From positions 2,605 to 66,604 of the forward strand of contig PUNJ01000037.1 of NCBI GenBank assembly GCA_003551705.1: a stretch of 64,000 bases of DNA, read 5' to 3'. The stretch is from Chloroflexota bacterium. Its GTDB lineage: Bacteria > Chloroflexota > Dehalococcoidia > UBA2247 > RBG-13-53-26. How positions within the stretch are numbered: the first letter of the stretch is position 1; each line of letters starts with the position of its first letter. The notes below the pieces were generated by a model. It saw nothing but the letters and a program-made list of their open reading frames with translations, ran no database searches and was not told the DNA's origin. Of this stretch, positions 47,443-57,213 are shown piece by piece. The translations under genes and the position numbers were made by a program.

Positions 47443-48486
47443 TCAGATGCCTCTCAGGCCTATGTGGCAACTGAAGATTGGAATCTCCATGGCGCCAAGC
47501 CTATATTTGTATATCTCGTCCCCCTTAAGGAAATCGAACGCCTTCTTGCCGCCCAGAATACTCTCCCTGATGCACAGTATCTTCGAAATCAGACCAACGC
47601 TGAGAGCGCTGTAACCAGGATCATACCCGCTGTTATACAAGTAGGTGGTATCCCCGTATTCGAAAAACATCACCGCGGCTACCGGCACTTCGTCTAGATT
47701 GAGCAGGCCAAAACGCACCAGGCCCATCTCGGACATGTTACATGTGAGACTCCGGAAGAAGGACTCCATTTGGGCTGTCATGAAGGCGTACTTTTGTGGG
47801 CGGCTCCGGCGGTGCAATTCCAGAAACAGATCAAGGGCTTCTGCCAGGTCGTCGCTTTTGGACGCTACGCGATAGTCAAGGCTGCCTGCCTCCTTAATGC
47901 GCCGCAACTTCCTTCTTACCTCACGACACTGTTTTGGTTCAAGACCGTCCAGGTATTCTTCCCACGAGGACGGCAAATCAAGGGGGAGAGATACGTCATC
48001 GATCCGGCAAGAACCGGTCACACCGGGTGTCTTGCATATACCGGCAAAGTTTTGCATCAGGGTTGAGTCCGGCCGGAGGCTTTCCATACGCAAGCTGTTC
48101 ACTTCTGTGGACATGAGATACTGGACCAGGATCTCGAAGAAGATACCTTCTTTGCCGGGCTCAATGACGAAATCCAGATAATCACAGACATCCGCGTCGC
48201 CCAGAAAAAGGGCATGAGCCCCTGACATTCGTAGAGGGGCGATGCCGATAATGTCTTCGTCTTCTCTGATGGCCAGGAGACGGATCTCGGCAGGTTTCGT
48301 GAAATGTCTGCACCAGGCGTCAATCCAGCCGGGAAGAATGAACACGTGTGCCCAGTTAAGGTCCTGCCGGGCTCCATATATGGTGTGAAGACCAGACAGG
48401 CTTTCCGCTGTGACGGAGTAGCTGGTACCGCAAAGTGTAGTCCGGTACAGGGTGCCGGTCTGTAGGGGGTACAGGGGACTAACCAA
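47443..48486 (-). CDS. CelD/BcsL-type GNAT (Acetyltransf_6)
   Basis: GIAPL, CDYLD, LPSSWEEYL..RRKLRR, YLYNSGYDP, FDFLKGDEIYKYRLG; TTG start at 48486 with GGAGG SD overlapping the upstream stop. Confidence 0.85.
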   Translation of the reverse strand: MVSPLYPLQTGTLYRTTLCGTSYSVTAESLSGLHTIYGARQDLNWAHVFILPGWIDAWCRHFTKPAEIRLLAIREDEDIIGIAPLRMSGAHALFLGDADVCDYLDFVIEPGKEGIFFEILVQYLMSTEVNSLRMESLRPDSTLMQNFAGICKTPGVTGSCRIDDVSLPLDLPSSWEEYLDGLEPKQCREVRRKLRRIKEAGSLDYRVASKSDDLAEALDLFLELHRRSRPQKYAFMTAQMESFFRSLTCNMSEMGLVRFGLLNLDEVPVAAVMFFEYGDTTYLYNSGYDPGYSALSVGLISKILCIRESILGGKKAFDFLKGDEIYKYRLGAMEIPIFSCHIGLRGI

Positions 48487-49069
48487 TAATGATTTCCTCC
48501 AAGGAGCGTTTAGGCACATGATGTACGTCCGATTCATCTCGCCAATATTTCACATCATGCGACGGCTCGACCGCATCGATAACCACGGTTTCCTTGGGCT
48601 TACCTAACGCCAAGACCAGGAGTATTTCGAAACGGTCTGGGATCTGCAGAGCGCGACGGAGGCCTTCCCTGTCTATGGATGCCATAACGCAGCCTCCAAG
48701 GCCGGCTTCCACCGCGCCAAGGAGAATGCTCTGGCAGGCAATACCGTGATCACAAGCGAAGCTGGGAGATATTTCTTTGTCACCAAGGATGATGATATAA
48801 GCCGATGGCCTTTCTCCCGCCTCGGGTCCCGCCCAGTCTTCCAGGTAAGCTGCCCAAGATAGATGAGAAAAAATGGAATTATTCTTTTCGGGCTCGCAAC
48901 TGAGGATATATTTCAAAGGCTGTCTATTGCCTGCGGAGGCCGATAATCTGGCAAGGTCCACCATGTCTCGGAGGACTTCTATCTCCACAGGACTCTCCTG
49001 GTGGAACCGTCTGTAACTACGGTTGCGTACCACCAAGTGCCTGACGATACTCCCTCTTTCACTATACAT
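48479..49069 (-). CDS. Nitroreductase family protein
   Basis: RNRSYRRF, SAGNRQPL, DHGIACQ, GLGGC, HVPKR. Confidence 0.9.
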   Translation of the reverse strand: MYSERGSIVRHLVVRNRSYRRFHQESPVEIEVLRDMVDLARLSASAGNRQPLKYILSCEPEKNNSIFSHLSWAAYLEDWAGPEAGERPSAYIIILGDKEISPSFACDHGIACQSILLGAVEAGLGGCVMASIDREGLRRALQIPDRFEILLVLALGKPKETVVIDAVEPSHDVKYWRDESDVHHVPKRSLEEIIIG

Positions 49070-49341
49070 TCACCTGCTCCTTCTTTTGTTTGAGCTTGGC
49101 ACCATCTCATAATTGCCGCTTCTACAATATTAACTGTTACTTGGCGTCTTGTGTCACAAATTGGAATAACCGGTTTGAGAGACGCTAACCTTGCCAGCCA
49201 CAATCATGACACGCCTATGTTCAGCGTATACCGGCGAAGCAACCAGCGATCGTTCCAATTGGCCATGTTGTTGCTCTGCGCTATTCTACCAGTTATGATT
49301 AGCTCTTGCATAACCGCGATATGTGGAAGGTAGGAACGCCG

Positions 49342-49378
49342 TGTCAACTTGACATCTGCATGACCGCATCCGTACTAT
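49342..49378 (+). promoter_or_regulatory. Sigma70 promoter with palindromic -35
   Basis: TGTCAA-C-TTGACA inverted repeat, then N18-TACTAT. Confidence 0.45.
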
Positions 49379-49453
49379 TCCTCTAGCGTCTTCCGGGGGT
49401 GAGGCGGTGTCGGTACAGCATAGCGGTCCGGGCAAGAAGGAGGTTCGTGTCCC

Positions 49454-51514
49454 ATGCCATCAGCCAAGAAGTTACTCAGTCCTGTGAGAATAGGCAACAT
49501 GGAGCTACGGAATCGTACTGTAATGTCTCCCATGACAACGCAGTATGCCAATCAGGACGAGAGCGTATCGGATAAGCTCAGGGAATACTACGTAGCTCGT
49601 TCCAGGGGTGGGGTCGGACTCATTACAGTTGAGGTCTGCACTGTAGACAAACCTCACCGTTATCAACCGCTATCTGTCGGCCTATGGGATGATAGCTTCA
49701 TCAGTGGCCATAAGGAATTGACCAAGGCCATACATGCTCATGGTGCTAAAGCAGTGCCACAGATATCCCATCCTGGGCCGGAATCGCTGGCTCCATTCTA
49801 CTATAAGGTTCCCAGCGTAGGCCCTTCAGAGGTCAAGTCCTGCATGACGCAGCAAGTCTGCCGGGAATTGAGCCTGGAGGAAATTCAGACGGTCATCGAG
49901 CAATACGGAGAGGCTGCCCGGAGGGCCAGGGAGGCCGGATATGACGGCATGGAATTACATGCAGCACACAGCTACATGCTGGCCGGGTCTTTTCTTTCGC
50001 CCCTTCGAAACAAGCGTACCGATGCTTACAATGGTTCTACCTTGGAAGGCCGTCTGAAGTTTGTATTGGAAGTTGTCCGGAGGATGAAGGCCAAGGCGGG
50101 TGAAGATTTTCCTCTTATCATTCGTATCTCCGGTGATGAAAGGGAGCCGGGTGGTCGCGACGTTGTTGATTCGCAGAAGATGGCCCCGATATTGGTTGAG
50201 GCGGGCGTTGACGCTTTTCATGTCTCGGGTGGTGTTATCGACCGGTACACCTCGGAAATCATCGCCGGTTCAAGCCATCCCAACGGGCTCAATGTTCCCG
50301 CTGCGGCTGCTATCAAGAAGGTCGTAAACGTACCGGTAATGGTGGTCGGCCGTATACATGACCCTTTGTACGCTGAAGAGATACTTCAGAAGGAAGAAGC
50401 TGATCTGATAGTGATGGGAAGACCAATGCTGGCTGATCCCGACCTTCCCCGTAAGGTGGCTGAGGGAAGCTTCGAGGATATACGCCAGTGCATTTCCTGT
50501 CAAAACTGCTTTGATTCATTGAATGATTTTGAGATGATGAGCTGTGCCGTCAACGCCATTACCGGACGCGAAGATGAATATAAGATGGACAAGACGGCCA
50601 AGCCCAAAAAAGTCATGGTAGTAGGCGCAGGTCCAGCGGGTATGGAAGCTGCCAGAGTGGCCGCCCTGCGCGGTCATCATGTATGGCTATATGACAGACA
50701 GCCCCTTTTGGGTGGTTCCCTCATGTTTGCCACAACGGTGCATCCTGACAATGACCCCTTCCTGGCTTACATAACTACCGCAGTCAGAAAGTTGCCCATT
50801 ACCCGCAGGCTGGGTACGGCGGTCACTCCTGCCATCGTCGAGGAGGCAAAACCTGACGCTGTCATAGTGGCGGTCGGTCCTGAATTGACCACTCCCCGCA
50901 TACCAGGGGACCAGCAACGGAATGTGTTCAGTGCTGCCGATTTCAAGCAGATGCTGGGCGGACGCTTGCAAGGTCCTGCGGCGGCAAAGCTGCCTATCTG
51001 GCAGAGACTGGGGTTGAGGCTGGGTATGCCGATTATTCGGCGTTTTCTGACCCCTGCACGTATCCGCCGTTTGACGCGGTACTGGATGCCGCTAGGAAAG
51101 AATGTAACCGTCATTGGCGGCGACTTGGCGGCCAGTGAGTTGGCTCTATTCGTTGGCGAAAGAGGCCGCAAGGTTACGCTGCTTACTCATGAAGCAAAAC
51201 TTGCTCCCGAGATAGGTTCCAAGCGCCGTAGTGAAATGTTGAAACATCTTGATCAGGCAGGAGTGATTGTACACAAGGAGGCGAAGTGTGAGGGAATAAC
51301 CCCTGAAGGTGTCACGTTAGTGAACAAAGAGGGTGCAAGAGAGACAGTCAGGTCCGATACGGTGGTAATTGCGGGCGAAGTCTCCCCGAATCTGGACCTG
51401 TACCATGCAATCGAGGAGAAAGTGCCCGAGGTGTACCTGGCTGGCGATTGTCGCGAACTAGGATTGATACGCAAAGCAACGGCCAATGCCATGGAAGTTG
51501 CTCACAAAATCTAA
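49454..51514 (+). CDS. OYE/4Fe-4S/FAD oxidoreductase (FadH/BaiCD-like), copy 1
   Basis: RGGVGLI, ELHAAHSYM, CISCQNC..C, VVGAGPAG. Confidence 0.9.
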   Translation: MPSAKKLLSPVRIGNMELRNRTVMSPMTTQYANQDESVSDKLREYYVARSRGGVGLITVEVCTVDKPHRYQPLSVGLWDDSFISGHKELTKAIHAHGAKAVPQISHPGPESLAPFYYKVPSVGPSEVKSCMTQQVCRELSLEEIQTVIEQYGEAARRAREAGYDGMELHAAHSYMLAGSFLSPLRNKRTDAYNGSTLEGRLKFVLEVVRRMKAKAGEDFPLIIRISGDEREPGGRDVVDSQKMAPILVEAGVDAFHVSGGVIDRYTSEIIAGSSHPNGLNVPAAAAIKKVVNVPVMVVGRIHDPLYAEEILQKEEADLIVMGRPMLADPDLPRKVAEGSFEDIRQCISCQNCFDSLNDFEMMSCAVNAITGREDEYKMDKTAKPKKVMVVGAGPAGMEAARVAALRGHHVWLYDRQPLLGGSLMFATTVHPDNDPFLAYITTAVRKLPITRRLGTAVTPAIVEEAKPDAVIVAVGPELTTPRIPGDQQRNVFSAADFKQMLGGRLQGPAAAKLPIWQRLGLRLGMPIIRRFLTPARIRRLTRYWMPLGKNVTVIGGDLAASELALFVGERGRKVTLLTHEAKLAPEIGSKRRSEMLKHLDQAGVIVHKEAKCEGITPEGVTLVNKEGARETVRSDTVVIAGEVSPNLDLYHAIEEKVPEVYLAGDCRELGLIRKATANAMEVAHKI

Positions 51515-51619
51515 GTTTAGATGTGCCAGATTCCTAAACTACCTGGTGCCATTCGGGCTTGTCCTGGCAGGACCTTCCGACGAGCTTGGGGTGGAACGGG
51601 GGGATTACCAAGGAGGTTT

Positions 51620-53623
51620 ATGAAATCATTGGAGAAGCTTTTCAGCCCCATCAGAATCGGCTCCATGGAAATGCGTAACCGGATTGCCATGGCGCCGATG
51701 GCTACGAATTACACGAACGAAGATGGCTCAATCTCAGACCAGATAAGAGATTATCTTGTCGCTCGTGCCAAGGGTGGTGCGGGACTTATCATACTTGAGG
51801 TCACCACAATAGATGGTACCTTCCCCTACGTGCCAAATACCATTGGGCTCTGGGACGACAAGCTGATTCCCAGCATGAAGGGGCTTGCTGATGCAATACA
51901 TGCCCAAGGGGCTAGAGTGGTCCCCCAGGTATCACACCCGGGACCTGAATCCGTTTGCTTCCTCTATGGCGTACAGGCAGTAGGACCTTCGATTATCATG
52001 TGTCCCAGCCACAAGCAGTCTTGCCGTGAACTTGATATCGGCGAGATCAAGGGCATCGTGGACCAGTTTGCCGAGGCCGCCCGAAGGGCCAAGGAGGCCG
52101 GTTGTGATGGGATCGAGCTTCATGCAGCGCACAGCTATATGCTGCTAGGCTCATTCTTATCGTCACTTAGGAACAGGAGAGGTGACGCTTATGGCGGCTC
52201 AATTGAGAACAGGCTCCGGCTGCCCATAGAGGTTTTAGAGGCCATTCGTGCCAAAGTCGGTCCTGAATTTCCCATTATCATGCGACTTTCCGGTGACGAA
52301 TTGACGCCCGGGGGTCGCGACATTGACGAAACGCTCTACATTGCTCCCATCCTGGCCGGGGCAGGCGTCAGCGCGTTTCACATCTCCAGTGGTACCTTTC
52401 CCTTCATGTCATGGCGTATTCTGCCGCCGACGGGGACACCCAGGGGCCTCAATGTGCGCTACGCGGCTGCAATCAAGGAGGTTGTGGATGTACCGGTACT
52501 TGCCGTGGGCAGGATAAACGATCCCAGATATGCGGAGCACGTACTGCAGCGTAATCACGCCGATGTCATTGTCATGGGAAGAGCACTATTGGCCGATCCC
52601 GAGTTGCCCAACAAGGCGGCTGAGGGCAGGTTCGATGATATAACCCCCTGCATTGGTTGCGGCCTCGGCTGCATAGCTGGCAGGGAGGGCGGCAGGCCCA
52701 TGACTTGCGTGATGAACCCGAGCGTAGGCCGCGAAGCAGAAATGGTCCTCAAACCGGCGGCCAAGGCCAAGAAGGTCATGGTAGCCGGCGGCGGGCCGGC
52801 CGGATTGGAGGCTGCCAGGGTGGCCTGCCAGCGTGGCCATCAGGTAACCCTGTTTGAAAAGAGCGGTAAACTGGGAGGTCAGTTGAACCTTGCTGCGGTC
52901 CCGCCCATGAAACAGGAGATTACCAAGGCTACGTGCTTTCTCTCCATGCAGGCCGAGAGAAATGGAGTCGAGCTCAGGCTAAATACGGCGGTCACACCGG
53001 AGCTTGTAAGAGAGATAAAACCCGATGCACTGATTATAGCCACGGGCGGTGAGGCCCTGGTTCCCAATATCCCTGGCATTAGTGGGTCCAAGGTGGTATC
53101 GGCGCACGATATCCTGTCAGGGAATGTGGTCGTGGATTCCTGCAAAGTGCTGGTACTGGGTGGCGGCATGGTTGGGCTGGAAGTCGCCGAGTTCCTGGCT
53201 GATCGAGGCGATAATCCCACGGTGGGCTGTACTGACGTAACCGTCCTGGAAATGCTGGACAACGTGGGCATGGACATGGTACCGGAGGGACGGTTCCTGC
53301 TCATGCAAAGGCTGCGAGAGAACGGTGTCAAGATACACACTTCCACGAAGGTCAAAGAGGTGCTGGAAGACGGTGTGCGTACAGTGAATACCATCAAGGA
53401 ACTGCAGCCCGACTGGACCATAATTTATAAGGAAGGGGACCAAGTGGGCGAGATCCGGGGTATGGACTCCATAGTTGTCGCCCTGGGGGCGAGTTCGGTT
53501 GAGGAATTGAGCAGCAAGCTGGATGGCAGTGTGGCTGAGGTTTACGTAATTGGTGATGCCAAACAGCCGAGAAAGGCATTGGAGGCAGTGGCTGAAGGCG
53601 CTGAAGCGGGCAGGCATATCTAG
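51620..53623 (+). CDS. OYE/4Fe-4S/FAD oxidoreductase (FadH/BaiCD-like), copy 2
   Basis: KGGAGLI, ELHAAHSYM, CIGCGLGC..C, AGGGPAG, GGGMVG; AAGGAGG SD before ATG 51620. Confidence 0.9.
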   Translation: MKSLEKLFSPIRIGSMEMRNRIAMAPMATNYTNEDGSISDQIRDYLVARAKGGAGLIILEVTTIDGTFPYVPNTIGLWDDKLIPSMKGLADAIHAQGARVVPQVSHPGPESVCFLYGVQAVGPSIIMCPSHKQSCRELDIGEIKGIVDQFAEAARRAKEAGCDGIELHAAHSYMLLGSFLSSLRNRRGDAYGGSIENRLRLPIEVLEAIRAKVGPEFPIIMRLSGDELTPGGRDIDETLYIAPILAGAGVSAFHISSGTFPFMSWRILPPTGTPRGLNVRYAAAIKEVVDVPVLAVGRINDPRYAEHVLQRNHADVIVMGRALLADPELPNKAAEGRFDDITPCIGCGLGCIAGREGGRPMTCVMNPSVGREAEMVLKPAAKAKKVMVAGGGPAGLEAARVACQRGHQVTLFEKSGKLGGQLNLAAVPPMKQEITKATCFLSMQAERNGVELRLNTAVTPELVREIKPDALIIATGGEALVPNIPGISGSKVVSAHDILSGNVVVDSCKVLVLGGGMVGLEVAEFLADRGDNPTVGCTDVTVLEMLDNVGMDMVPEGRFLLMQRLRENGVKIHTSTKVKEVLEDGVRTVNTIKELQPDWTIIYKEGDQVGEIRGMDSIVVALGASSVEELSSKLDGSVAEVYVIGDAKQPRKALEAVAEGAEAGRHI

Positions 53624-53677
53624 CTTGGTAATTGACAGTAATTCAGGTAAGAGGGCGTCTGACGGCGCCTCCTTGCT

Positions 53678-54157
53678 TTATATGGCCTTCGATGAAACCC
53701 TATTCTGACCGGACCAGATTAGCTCGATCATGATACCGCCCACCTTGTCCGTGTCCATGTAAGCGAAGGCGAATCCATCCTGGTTCCGGTATAAGACCGG
53801 CTGAAAACCTGCCCCGGCCATGCCTGCCAAGGCAGCCTCGAAGTCGTCAACCTGTATGCCCAGGTGATGAATCCCCTCTCCTTTGGCATCCAGGAACTCT
53901 GCATAGAGGTTGTTATCTCCCTCAAGAGGCTGGATCATTTCTATCTGCATTGCACCCGATTGCGCAAACCCAACCTTGATCTTCATATTGCCAGGTTTTC
54001 CCCGCAGGATGACACCATCCAGGTTCACGTCCAACATGGTAAAAGGTCCAATGCCAAAAGTGGAAGTGTAGTAGTCAGCCGTCTTCTGCAAGTCCCTGAC
54101 AACAATGCCTATCTGGCTCACGGGCGGCAAGTCCGTCTTCTCCAAGCCCGCCATCAT
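53678..54157 (-). CDS. VOC family protein (methylmalonyl-CoA epimerase/glyoxalase-like)
   Basis: QIGIVVRD, IEMIQP, GEGIHHLG, IELI. Confidence 0.85.
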   Translation of the reverse strand: MMAGLEKTDLPPVSQIGIVVRDLQKTADYYTSTFGIGPFTMLDVNLDGVILRGKPGNMKIKVGFAQSGAMQIEMIQPLEGDNNLYAEFLDAKGEGIHHLGIQVDDFEAALAGMAGAGFQPVLYRNQDGFAFAYMDTDKVGGIMIELIWSGQNRVSSKAI

Positions 54158-54215
54158 GTCTCCTCCTTGTGCCGATTAGCGGTGGTCCACAGTTCATTCG
54201 CCGCTTCTGCGGGAA

Positions 54216-56426
54216 CTAGGCTTTCTCTACTTGGACCAGAGTTGTATTGGAACAGAAGGCCCCTCCAGGGGAGTGTTCATCACGAGTCAGGATGTTGCAG
54301 CATCCACCCCTGTCCACCCCATTTTCGTCGAGATTGAACCAGGCACCCTGGGGAATATCGACAACCCCGGGCATCAAGCGGTTCGTTACTCTGGCAGGAA
54401 TGATCATCCTCCCTCGTCGATTGAAGACACTGACCATGTTCCCGTCGGCGATGCCCCTGGTCTGGGCGTCGATCGCGTTCATATAGATGGCTTGAGGTGT
54501 CACCTCCTGCAGCCAGGGTACGTTGTCGTACTGGGAGTGAGCGCGCCTTTTAGTATGGGTGGTTATGAGTTGCAGCGGGAACATGTGGGCCAGGGGATCG
54601 TTGCGGCTCTCCCAGGCCTCCAAATACTTGGGTACCGGCGGAATTTCCGGCTCCTGCATATCAGCCAATCGCTGGGAATATATCTCTATCTTGCCACTGG
54701 GCGTAGGGAATGGGTTATTGGCCGGGTCTTCTATCTGCTTGCTGAAGGCCACATGTGACTCAGGAAGCCTGAGCTTGTATATGCCATCGCGCTTGAAGGC
54801 ATCGTAGTCCTTTACATCCCGGCTCCCACCGACAATTTCCCGCAACAATTCGTCCTCGGTCCTGTCATTATATCCGTCCAAACCCATGTGCTGCGCCAGT
54901 TCCATGCAGAAATGTAGGTGGGACCTGGCCTCGCCCAGCGGTTCGCAGGCTTGGTTCATGTAACCATAGAAGGGAGTAGCGCCGTCCAGTGCAATGTCGT
55001 TTTTCTCCAGGGAGGTGACCGCCGGGAGCACGAGGTCGGCAAACCGGGCTCCCGGTGTCATGAATTGTTCGAAACAAACAATAAATTCCAGTTTCTGCAG
55101 TGCCTCGATACCCTTGTTCAGGTTCAGATACTGGTTGGGGTAGTGAGTATCCACTAAGTAGAGCAGCTTATAGTCCGTTGGATAGCCGCCGGCTTTGCCT
55201 CTGATTATGGCATCCGACATTTTAGCCGTGTTGATTTGCCCTCTTCGCATGGCGATACCGGGGCCGGGGAGGGAGTTCTTCCGGGTGGGGGCATCAATCT
55301 CCACGGGATTGCGAGGAGACTTCAAGCCGCGTCCCAGGCTGAAGTGAGAAGTGGGTCCTGCCGTCGGCCATGACCTGCCTCCGGAAGTGCCGCCGGGCCG
55401 GCCGATATTCCCTGTCATGGCCGCCAGGGTTATGGCAGCGCGATGGTACTGTTCCCCGTAGGCCGTTCTACCCGGCCCAATACCCGTTATCAAGGCAGCG
55501 GGCTTGGTGGTGGCATACTCTCTGGCCAGTCCAGCGATAACGGCAGCAGGCACCGATGTAATGGCCTCGGCCCAGGCAGGCGTTTTGGCGATGCCGTCCT
55601 CATTTCCGAGCACGTATTTCCTGAAACGGTCGAAGCCGAGGGTATAGTTATCCAGGAATTGTTGGTCCTGCAGACCGTCACTTATCATAACGTAAGCCAT
55701 GGCTATGAGCATAGCGGCGTCTGTGCCTGGCACTATTGGATGCCATTCATGAGCGAAGGTCGCCGCGGAGTCGGTGTAACGCGGATCAACGGAGATGATT
55801 CTTGCGCCTGCCTCCCTCGCTTGTGCCAGATACCAGGCAGTGTTCGTGTTTTGCACCGTGTTTGCCGGGTCCCAGCCCCACATTATGATCATCTTTGAGC
55901 TTAGGAAGTCGTCTCTGGTATTTCCAGTATCCACGGTGCCGAGGGTGGCCAGCTCAGCAAATAGACCGCCGTCGAAGGAAAAGGTACCCCACACATCTGA
56001 GCAACCGCCCAGCATGTTCAGGAGCCGGTAGTGGCATGTAGCGTTATGCAAGACAGAGGTATCGCCCCCGGACCATTTGAAGAGTATGGACTGTGGTCCA
56101 TAAGTGTCCCTGACACGGACCAGTTGTCCGGCCATGATATCGAGGGCTTCGTCCCAGCTAACCCTTTCAAATCGCCCGTCGCCCCTGGCACCGGCGCGTT
56201 TTACTGGATGGAGAAGCCGATCTGGTGAATACAGCCTTTGGCGGAAGGCGCGGCCACGGGCACACGCTCTGAATTGCGGTTCATCACCGTCGTCTGTCTC
56301 GATCCTAGAGACAGTCCCGTCCTTGACATGGACCTTCAGGAGACAACCGCCACCGCAGTGGCTCGCGTGTGTGGAGTATATGGCCCTGGAAATCGCCTTG
56401 TCCTGCTTTTGCTGGTTATTGCTCAT
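54216..56426 (-). CDS. Molybdopterin oxidoreductase catalytic subunit, DmsA-like, no Tat signal
   Basis: HASHCGGGC..ACARG, SWDEAL, PGTD, TPSGKIE, HSQ, GGCCN.LT. Confidence 0.9.
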   Translation of the reverse strand: MSNNQQKQDKAISRAIYSTHASHCGGGCLLKVHVKDGTVSRIETDDGDEPQFRACARGRAFRQRLYSPDRLLHPVKRAGARGDGRFERVSWDEALDIMAGQLVRVRDTYGPQSILFKWSGGDTSVLHNATCHYRLLNMLGGCSDVWGTFSFDGGLFAELATLGTVDTGNTRDDFLSSKMIIMWGWDPANTVQNTNTAWYLAQAREAGARIISVDPRYTDSAATFAHEWHPIVPGTDAAMLIAMAYVMISDGLQDQQFLDNYTLGFDRFRKYVLGNEDGIAKTPAWAEAITSVPAAVIAGLAREYATTKPAALITGIGPGRTAYGEQYHRAAITLAAMTGNIGRPGGTSGGRSWPTAGPTSHFSLGRGLKSPRNPVEIDAPTRKNSLPGPGIAMRRGQINTAKMSDAIIRGKAGGYPTDYKLLYLVDTHYPNQYLNLNKGIEALQKLEFIVCFEQFMTPGARFADLVLPAVTSLEKNDIALDGATPFYGYMNQACEPLGEARSHLHFCMELAQHMGLDGYNDRTEDELLREIVGGSRDVKDYDAFKRDGIYKLRLPESHVAFSKQIEDPANNPFPTPSGKIEIYSQRLADMQEPEIPPVPKYLEAWESRNDPLAHMFPLQLITTHTKRRAHSQYDNVPWLQEVTPQAIYMNAIDAQTRGIADGNMVSVFNRRGRMIIPARVTNRLMPGVVDIPQGAWFNLDENGVDRGGCCNILTRDEHSPGGAFCSNTTLVQVEKA

Positions 56427-56534
56427 ATCCCCTCCTGCAGCGAAACCGCAGCGTTCGCTGCCCGGTTGAGTAGTACATGCATAACCGGGTGACTGCTCCG
56501 GGCCCAGGCTTCAGACTCCTGTCCGGGGACCGGG

Positions 56535-57107
56535 CTATGCTTCTACAGACTGGGGTACGGACTTGGGTTTGGTTATCACTGCAGGTTGTACTTTGGAGTC
56601 ATAAACAAGCCCCACGGCGTGGTGCAGCTTGCCGTATTTGGTCTCCATTTCCTCCAAAGGTCCCGCATCCAGAGCACGCATTGGGCAGCCGGTGACGCAA
56701 ATCGGTTTCTTGCCTTCCGTCCAGCGTTCGAGGCAGAAATCGCATTTCTGCATGGTCGCAGCCTCTTCGGCACCGAACTGCGGGGCTTGGTATGGGCACG
56801 CTTCCAGGCATGACTGGCAGGAGTCCTTGCCCAGACATGCCTCTCGATTGACGATGACTATACCGTCCTCGGGGCGCTTGACTATGGCGTCGACCGGACA
56901 TGCGGTCACGCAGGCAGGCTCGGCGCAGTGATAGCAGGGAGCGGCCAGGAAAGCAACGAAGGGATTGGGGTACTTGCCTTTTTCGATGGTGGATACCCGG
57001 ACCCAATTAGCCGGCCCCGCTGGGATATCATGCCAGTCCTTGCAGGCTACGGCACAGGTGAAACAACCGGTACAACGGGTCTGATCGAAGTAGAAGGCTA
57101 GTTGCAT
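56535..57107 (-). CDS. DmsB-like 4x[4Fe-4S] subunit
   Basis: CTGCFTCAVAC, CYHCAEPACVTACP, CLGKDSCQSCLEACP, KCDFC..CVTGCP. Confidence 0.92.
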   Translation of the reverse strand: MQLAFYFDQTRCTGCFTCAVACKDWHDIPAGPANWVRVSTIEKGKYPNPFVAFLAAPCYHCAEPACVTACPVDAIVKRPEDGIVIVNREACLGKDSCQSCLEACPYQAPQFGAEEAATMQKCDFCLERWTEGKKPICVTGCPMRALDAGPLEEMETKYGKLHHAVGLVYDSKVQPAVITKPKSVPQSVEA

Positions 57108-57213
57108 GTTGTCCCTCCTTTTGGATACGCAATTCTATAGGAGTGGGCCTGACTTTTCAAATCTGGCCCAAGGCTGGAGACAAGTGTCATATTCTGGCAA
57201 TTTTCATTCGGTT

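Noticed and set aside
48438-48478. Short tandem repeat ccctgtacc..ctaca in the CelD GNAT N-terminus
   Set aside because: Only two imperfect copies, in frame; probably a local duplication in a linker.
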